Source of the DNA: Candidatus Bathyarchaeota archaeon
GTDB taxonomy: Archaea; Thermoproteota; Bathyarchaeia; Bathyarchaeales; Bathycorpusculaceae
DNA length: 64,000 bases
Direction of reading: 5' to 3'
NCBI GenBank assembly: GCA_963833575.1
Contig: CAWHXY010000008.1
Location: forward strand, 96,001 to 160,000
Under the pieces are notes generated by a model. It made no database searches. It had not been told where the DNA came from and was given only the letters and a program-made list of their open reading frames with translations. Positions within the stretch are counted from its first letter, which is position 1; each line of letters opens with the position of its first letter. The position numbers were made by a program, and so were the translations under genes. This document shows positions 59,085 through 64,000 of this stretch, piece after piece.

Positions 59085-60173
59085 TTACCTTGTAATTTTA
59101 GCCTGCCGCACCGTTTCTAAACAATCTTTAGCTTCACTATTATTTGCAAAATATCGCCTAACAGGCTCCAATATATCTGCAAGTTCGGTTGCAACGCCAT
59201 TCTTCAAGTCCATCGGATGAAGTTTACCTTCTGCGTAGACTGATTCGAGCTCTTGGAAGCTTTGAAGCTGTATGGTTCCTCCAAATTTTGCTGGACGCTC
59301 AATTGTGAAGACTGGTTTTTCTCGGAAGATAATGTATTTACAAATGTCAAGTATTGGATTAAATTTGATGGTTTTTTCCGGACAGAAAGCTTTTGCCATT
59401 TTCTGCTTTATTTCTTCAGGAGAATCATAGATGAAAATGCAAGTTTGAGGTTTGCTCTTTGACATTTTGGCTGAAGCTACTGCTTCTTTTTCTTGCCCTT
59501 CTGGGATTGGCCAAATTTTAGGTTTCTCTAAACCCTGAAGCAAATGGTGGTGAACACATGTGGGTTTCCAGCATCCTATTTTTTCACCTATCTCTCTTGC
59601 AACCATGTTTGCTTTTCGCTGGTCCATGCCTAACTGGCAAATTTTTACCTTCATATGAAAAATGTCTGCTACCTGCATTGGAGTGTAGAGGTAGTCTGAA
59701 ACGTAATGGGCCTCGGTTTCTTGTCTTCCCGCAATTTCTAATGTTCGGGTAGTCCGGGCTATGGTTAGGTTTTTTGCAATGATGACGGTTTTAGCCCAGT
59801 AGTCAATGTCTTTGTAGAGTTCATCTGAATAGATAAATTCAACTTTGTCGCCAGGGACCCCAAGAGCCAACCACGAGTGTCTAAAAAGGTCGGCTGCTTT
59901 GCGGATAAGAGGCAGGTCGCCACCAAGTTTGTTATTTAGCCATGCGTGCCATGTTGCCAAAAAAGCTTTGAAATGGATGCCTGCCTCAGCGAAGTCTTTC
60001 ATTTTATACGCACAAATAACGCCAGTTCCCAAATGCGCCAAACCAGAAGGTTCCCAACCATTATAGGCTACGGGATGCTCTTCTTTTTCAAAAAGGCTAC
60101 GCAAATCTTCTGGTGTAACAACTTCTTCCGTAGGCGGTCTGCAGATTAATTCAACTTTCTTTTCTATGTCCAA
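59085..60173 (-). CDS. tyrS: Tyrosine--tRNA ligase (archaeal type)
   Basis: AYNGWEPSGLAHLG, YTPMQVADI, GMDQRK, KMSKSKP, LHPMDLK. Confidence 0.96.
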   Translation of the reverse strand: MDIEKKVELICRPPTEEVVTPEDLRSLFEKEEHPVAYNGWEPSGLAHLGTGVICAYKMKDFAEAGIHFKAFLATWHAWLNNKLGGDLPLIRKAADLFRHSWLALGVPGDKVEFIYSDELYKDIDYWAKTVIIAKNLTIARTTRTLEIAGRQETEAHYVSDYLYTPMQVADIFHMKVKICQLGMDQRKANMVAREIGEKIGCWKPTCVHHHLLQGLEKPKIWPIPEGQEKEAVASAKMSKSKPQTCIFIYDSPEEIKQKMAKAFCPEKTIKFNPILDICKYIIFREKPVFTIERPAKFGGTIQLQSFQELESVYAEGKLHPMDLKNGVATELADILEPVRRYFANNSEAKDCLETVRQAKITR

Positions 60174-60461
60174 ATTGCACGCATCTTCCCTGTGTTTCCT
60201 ATTTCTAATGTAAGTGTGGAACTTAAAAATTTAGTACATCTTTATGTATTTAGCTTATCTTTGGTTCAAGTTTGCATTGTTTCCACTAGATAAATAAGAA
60301 ATGATGGTTGTGGGATATGACAAGAAGAACAACAACAGATGGAATTGCCATTTTTGAACAGTTTGTTTTCGATTGCTTTTTTGATTTAGGGTTTGACAAT
60401 GTATTCATTTGTTTTTTAGTTTAAATTAATTCACGTGAAATTTTATGTGTATTCATTAACC

Positions 60462-60473
60462 CGTGGGAAAAGG
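60462..60473. repeat. Short boundary motif A (CGTGGGAAAAGG), copy 1
   Basis: Lies 8 bp past the stop of the minus-strand gene at 60482; identical copy at 62508, one-mismatch copy at 61857. Confidence 0.7.
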
Positions 60474-60481
60474 TCATTGAC

Positions 60482-61255
60482 TTAGTTAGTGGTCTTTCGA
60501 TCCCTAAGCACCACAACAATAAACAAAACTGAAAGAAACAATGGCAAAATTGCTAACAAGGGAATCTCTGGAACGGTAGGCGTTGGAGTTAAGGTAGCTG
60601 TTGGAGTTAAGACAGGTGTTGATGATATTGTTGGGGTTGGATGAGGAGATGCAGTGATTGAAGTAGAAGTTGACCCGTTGGCTATGGTTATGGTTTGTGT
60701 GTTGCTCCAACCGCTTGATTGACCTGTAAAGTCTTCAGCACCATAAAGGGAATAAGGGGAAGGAACCGTTATCCAATACCCTATTGTTGCTTCTACTTGA
60801 AAGTCCACTTCACCACCAGCAGTAACTTGGGTCCAAATTGGAGCGTATGAACCATTATACAGGGTCACCTCATAGCTGATGACCGTGTATTCAGAATTAC
60901 TCGCAGGAACCCATGTGGAAATTGTATTCCATTCGTTGCCGTTGCTGAAATGTCCTTCTTCCTGAACGTTGTACGTCAAGCTAAGTGTGGTGCCGTTCTC
61001 AAGAGCGTTCGCATTAAAAGCTTGGTTTAGAATCACAATCTGCACCGTGTCGTTGGCATACGTGTGCGTTACGGTCGCTCCAGTATCTGTATTTGTTGTG
61101 TTCACACTGTAAGATGATTAAATGTATGTTACACTAAACTCTGGAGCCGATGGTGTGGGTATCGACTGAGCAAATGCGGGTTTAACGATTATAAGACTTG
61201 AGACAGCTAAGAGAACAATAAGAATTAATGAGAAACTCTTGCTGATACTGCCCAT
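60482..61255 (-). pseudogene. Surface protein with signal peptide, Thr/Pro linker and PEF/PEP-CTERM-like sorting signal; premature stop
   Basis: ATG 61255: MGSISKSFSLILIVLLAVSSLIIVKPAFAQSIPTPSAPEFSVTYI* (TAA 61118-61120); the same frame continues to PTVPEIPLLAILPLFLSVLFIVVVLRDRKTTN. Confidence 0.8.
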
Positions 61256-61354
61256 GTTTAGTATTAGGAAACTGTAGACGATAAAAGGCTGCTCGTAAAA
61301 CTCTCTTGACTGAAATTAGTCAAATTTTCTTGACTTGGAGTGTTTACGATTGGA

Positions 61355-61440
61355 GTTGAACTCAAACCCTCCGGCGATTTAGATGGGGAATCAGATTGAA
61401 CCCACACTCCTATGGAGACATCACATGCATTTCCCCTTTT
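61355..61440. repeat. ~87-bp structured repeat B, copy 1
   Basis: GTTGAACTCAAACCCTCC..GCGATTT..TGGGGA..TTGAACCC..TGGAGACATCAC..GCATTTCCC.TTTT; matches 63257-63344. Confidence 0.85.
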
Positions 61441-61446
61441 TTTGTT

Positions 61447-61689
61447 CTAAGAAGAGTTCTGTTTTGTTTTTTTGCTTCTTAGCAGTTTCATATAGAACTT
61501 TCCAAATAAAGAGATAACCAAAACAATCCAAACAGAACTGATTCCAAATCTAAACACACCAAATGTGATTATGGAACTAGACAATAGGAACCCCAAGAAT
61601 ATGTCAAACAAAATAGAACCCAAAACTGCAACTGAAACATACTTTAGAGTACTCAGCATTTTAGAACGGGATGTTACGGGATTTTCCAT
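61447..61689 (-). CDS. Small two-TM membrane protein
   Basis: 80 aa, two hydrophobic helices, basic tail. Confidence 0.55.
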   Translation of the reverse strand: MENPVTSRSKMLSTLKYVSVAVLGSILFDIFLGFLLSSSIITFGVFRFGISSVWIVLVISLFGKFYMKLLRSKKTKQNSS

Positions 61690-61856
61690 CGAAACAATCT
61701 CTAATACTTACTTCTTTACACCTTGCTTAAAAGATTTTAAAAATCTCTGCTTTTCGCTTTTTGGAATTTTTGAACTTTTCCCTTTATTGAAGGGCGCCGA
61801 GCTGACATTGCTTAAGGATTTTTTCCGTCAAGATGGTAGGAGACTATACGCTCAAC

Positions 61857-61868
61857 CGTGAGAAAAGG
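61857..61868. repeat. Short boundary motif A (CGTGAGAAAAGG), copy 2
   Basis: 11/12 match to the copies at 60462 and 62508; downstream of the 61916-62437 gene. Confidence 0.65.
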
Positions 61869-61915
61869 TTAGTCTATGGAGTTGCTGATTTTCTTCATTT
61901 TTCCAGCCGCCGATA

Positions 61916-62437
61916 TCACGTTGAAGTGAAAACTGGACGGTTAACATAGCGTAACCGCGAATGCAATGCTTCTACCCAATCACTCTTACTTACGTTAAAC
62001 GCTAGTTGGGCTTTGTGTATTGCTTTGCTTTCACTATCTGTTTCTGTTTCCGATGAGAAAATGAAGTCTGTCAGAAAACGTATGTTCGTGGATTCCTTCA
62101 GTGCCTCTAATTGTTTTAGCTCTGCAAACGTTAGGTCAAGTTTGAAAACAATTTGGGTTTTCACATTACTTTTAAGGCTGATGGTTGTTTTCTTAGGAAT
62201 TAGTTTGCCAAGATATAATTCTCCGTTGTCATTTCCCATGTAATTTATTTTAACGTCAAAATTGCTCAATTTCAGAATTTTTTGTGACGTAACAAAAATA
62301 TTAGACGTTGAGAACTTGCCTTCCAAATAGAAATCAAAAGCGAAATTAAATCCTGTACGAATGGCACCCCAATGTCTACTTACAGAAAGAAAAGCAATAT
62401 CTAGTAATACGTCCGAAATTTCAACATAAGCAGACAT
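61916..62437 (-). CDS. Hypothetical protein (possibly C-terminally truncated)
   Basis: 173-aa beta-rich ORF; no family recognised. Confidence 0.55.
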   Translation of the reverse strand: MSAYVEISDVLLDIAFLSVSRHWGAIRTGFNFAFDFYLEGKFSTSNIFVTSQKILKLSNFDVKINYMGNDNGELYLGKLIPKKTTISLKSNVKTQIVFKLDLTFAELKQLEALKESTNIRFLTDFIFSSETETDSESKAIHKAQLAFNVSKSDWVEALHSRLRYVNRPVFTST

Positions 62438-62507
62438 GAAATTTCATCATTCTAAATAGATTTTGTATTACTTAATAATTTTGCTATATATGGGAGGTAC
62501 ATCCAAT

Positions 62508-62519
62508 CGTGGGAAAAGG
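62508..62519. repeat. Short boundary motif A (CGTGGGAAAAGG), copy 3
   Basis: 22 bp past the stop at 62542. Confidence 0.7.
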
Positions 62520-62541
62520 GTCTGAGAGTAGAATTGGAAAG

Positions 62542-63190
62542 TTAGCTTCCAATATTAAGATTGATGGTTCTGTTGCCTGCTGGTGTGTAAACGTGGAAGT
62601 CGCCAGCGTAATATGTTGCGGGAAATTCGATTCCGTCGTTACCCCAAAAGTAATCTATTGTTACATAGTATGTGTGTTCATTTTCCAGATTAACAGAATA
62701 GACGTTATTGTTATAGGCTGATGGATTTGTTGAAAAAGTAAAAGTGCTTGTGGCATTGGTCTTTTCATCTGCAAATTTTATTTGGCGAACAATGTTTCCC
62801 ATTTTATTTACGAATGCCCTGCCAGAAACAATAACTTTAGCACTTAAAACCGAAACAACACAAAGCGTTCTGCATCAATCCTCGCCCTGCCGCTGTCACA
62901 ATGACAGAGTAGTTGCCTGTGGGAGTAGAAGCTGGAGTATTCATAGTTAGAAGGCTCGTAAAGTTGGATGTTCCCACTTCTGGCTCAAAGATTATGCTTT
63001 CATTTGCTTGTGTCATATTACTTAGATTGCTCACTTGACCTGTAAGGTCTGAAATTTGACTATTTAGAGTTGATATTTTGTTATTATAGTAAACTATCGT
63101 TCCAGCAATTGCACTTACAAAAAGTATAACAACTAACAAAAATGAGGCTATTATTTTCTTATTCATTCTTACCGAATAAATCAATATCAT
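62542..63190 (-). pseudogene. Membrane-anchored secreted protein split by a frameshift
   Basis: ORF 62837-63190 (N-terminal TM, coiled coil, TPTGNYSVIVTA) continues in another frame as VVSVLSAKVIVSGRAFVNK-MGNIVRQ... into ORF 62542-62802. Confidence 0.65.
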
Positions 63191-63256
63191 AAGTGCTTTT
63201 AGTTCTACTCATGGAACATACTGTTCCTTTCTTGGAACGCCGACAGGTAATTCAGG

Positions 63257-63344
63257 GTTGAACTCAAACCCTCCAGCGATTTTAATTGGGGACTGGCTTG
63301 AACCCTCCAGTCAGTGGAGACATCACTCCGCATTTCCCATTTTT
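63257..63344. repeat. ~87-bp structured repeat B, copy 2
   Basis: First 26 nt match copy 1 at 25 positions; shared TTGAACCC, TGGAGACATCAC and GCATTTCCC blocks. Confidence 0.85.
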
Positions 63345-63368
63345 CAGGACCTTTGTTCCAAGATTATG

Positions 63369-63830
63369 TCAAAGTTGCAGTCTCATGCTGTGTCCGGGTT
63401 TGAAACCAAAGGTTTCATACAGCGATTTTCCTGCCTCTGAAGCATCAAGATTTACTCTGTCGTAGCCATGAGCCCTACACCAAGCTATGCCAGTTTCGAC
63501 AATCAGTCGAGCTACACCTCTTCTCCTAAACTCCTTCTCCGTATACAAAGACATCAAATAAGGCACTTCCAAGAATCTGCTGATGGGCAAAGGCGGCTGT
63601 TCTCTAATCCAAATGCAACCACTACCTGCTACCTCCCCTTCCTCTGTTTTTGCGATGAAACCCACAAGTTTGTCCGATGACAACTTTTCCCTAATCCACT
63701 CCAGCGTACGCTCTTCTGTTCCGGTCGCGGACATTACCCGTTCCGGATGAATATCACACCACAGACTCAATCTGTGCTTAACCAGAATCTCAGTATCATC
63801 TAGAGTAGCATATTGAATGTTAAATCTCAT
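63369..63830 (-). CDS. GNAT family N-acetyltransferase
   Basis: YLMSLYTEKEFRRRGVA (motif A), LDASEAGKSLYETFGF. Confidence 0.92.
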   Translation of the reverse strand: MRFNIQYATLDDTEILVKHRLSLWCDIHPERVMSATGTEERTLEWIREKLSSDKLVGFIAKTEEGEVAGSGCIWIREQPPLPISRFLEVPYLMSLYTEKEFRRRGVARLIVETGIAWCRAHGYDRVNLDASEAGKSLYETFGFKPGHSMRLQL

Positions 63831-63964
63831 AGCTAGACTTTTCCCAAATTATTCTTGATGATGAAATGGACAAGTTGAGTTTAAATCTTGTTCAAAACTG
63901 AACTAATGATAGTTCGTTTAGATTCAAGTTTAAATCATTTCAGGGACCAAACAAGAGAAAAACA

Positions 63965-64000
63965 GGGGTTGATTTGAACCCCTAAGAGTGGAGATGTCAC
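63965..64000. repeat. Repeat B, partial/diverged copy 3 (cut by window end)
   Basis: GGGGTTGATTTGAACCCCTAAGAGTGGAGATGTCAC matches the GGGG..TTGAACCC..GTGGAGAYRTCAC half of copies 1 and 2. Confidence 0.65.

Noticed and set aside
63258-63440. 60-aa + strand ORF
   Set aside because: Runs across repeat B and antisense into the GNAT gene; the equivalent frame is not evidently preserved as a gene in copy 1.
61355-64000. Repeat B as tRNA genes, CRISPR repeats or canonical attC sites
   Set aside because: No acceptor/anticodon arms; spacing is gene-sized and irregular; canonical RYYYAAC/GTTRRRY ends enclosing a long palindrome were not found.

Overview
Archaeal chromosomal segment, most likely Bathyarchaeia (TACK), AT-rich. 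The assignment rests on a TFB-like gene, archaeal class III pilins, archaeal LeuRS/TyrRS/ApgM, a TackOD1-like domain and frequent TTG/GTG starts. From left to right it holds: an Ig-repeat surface protein, a Cys-rich protein and a short TFB paralog, all divergent from a type IV pilus locus (major pilin, minor pilin, ~1400-aa pilin-headed Ig-repeat adhesin, ATPase, two membrane platform proteins); PAS histidine kinases, receiver proteins and archaeal output-domain proteins; tRNA-Lys(CTT); a trpEGDCBA operon without trpF; an output-less HAMP receptor with a small partner facing a roadblock-like protein; small Zn-finger/wHTH genes; and housekeeping genes (rnhA, leuS, AlkA-like glycosylase, M48 protease, apgM, ABC transporter, mscL, toprim, tyrS). 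The last 3.5 kb are co-oriented, unrelated, partly decayed genes, each followed by one of two recurring non-coding elements, resembling a gene-cassette array. Other notable non-coding signals are three tandem AGAAGAA/TTCTTCT hairpins with complementary loops (45364-45513) and a 10-bp-phased TGTGC array (52680-52734). No CRISPR array, rRNA, transposase or integrase was recognised. All family calls come from motif recognition by eye, not database searches.
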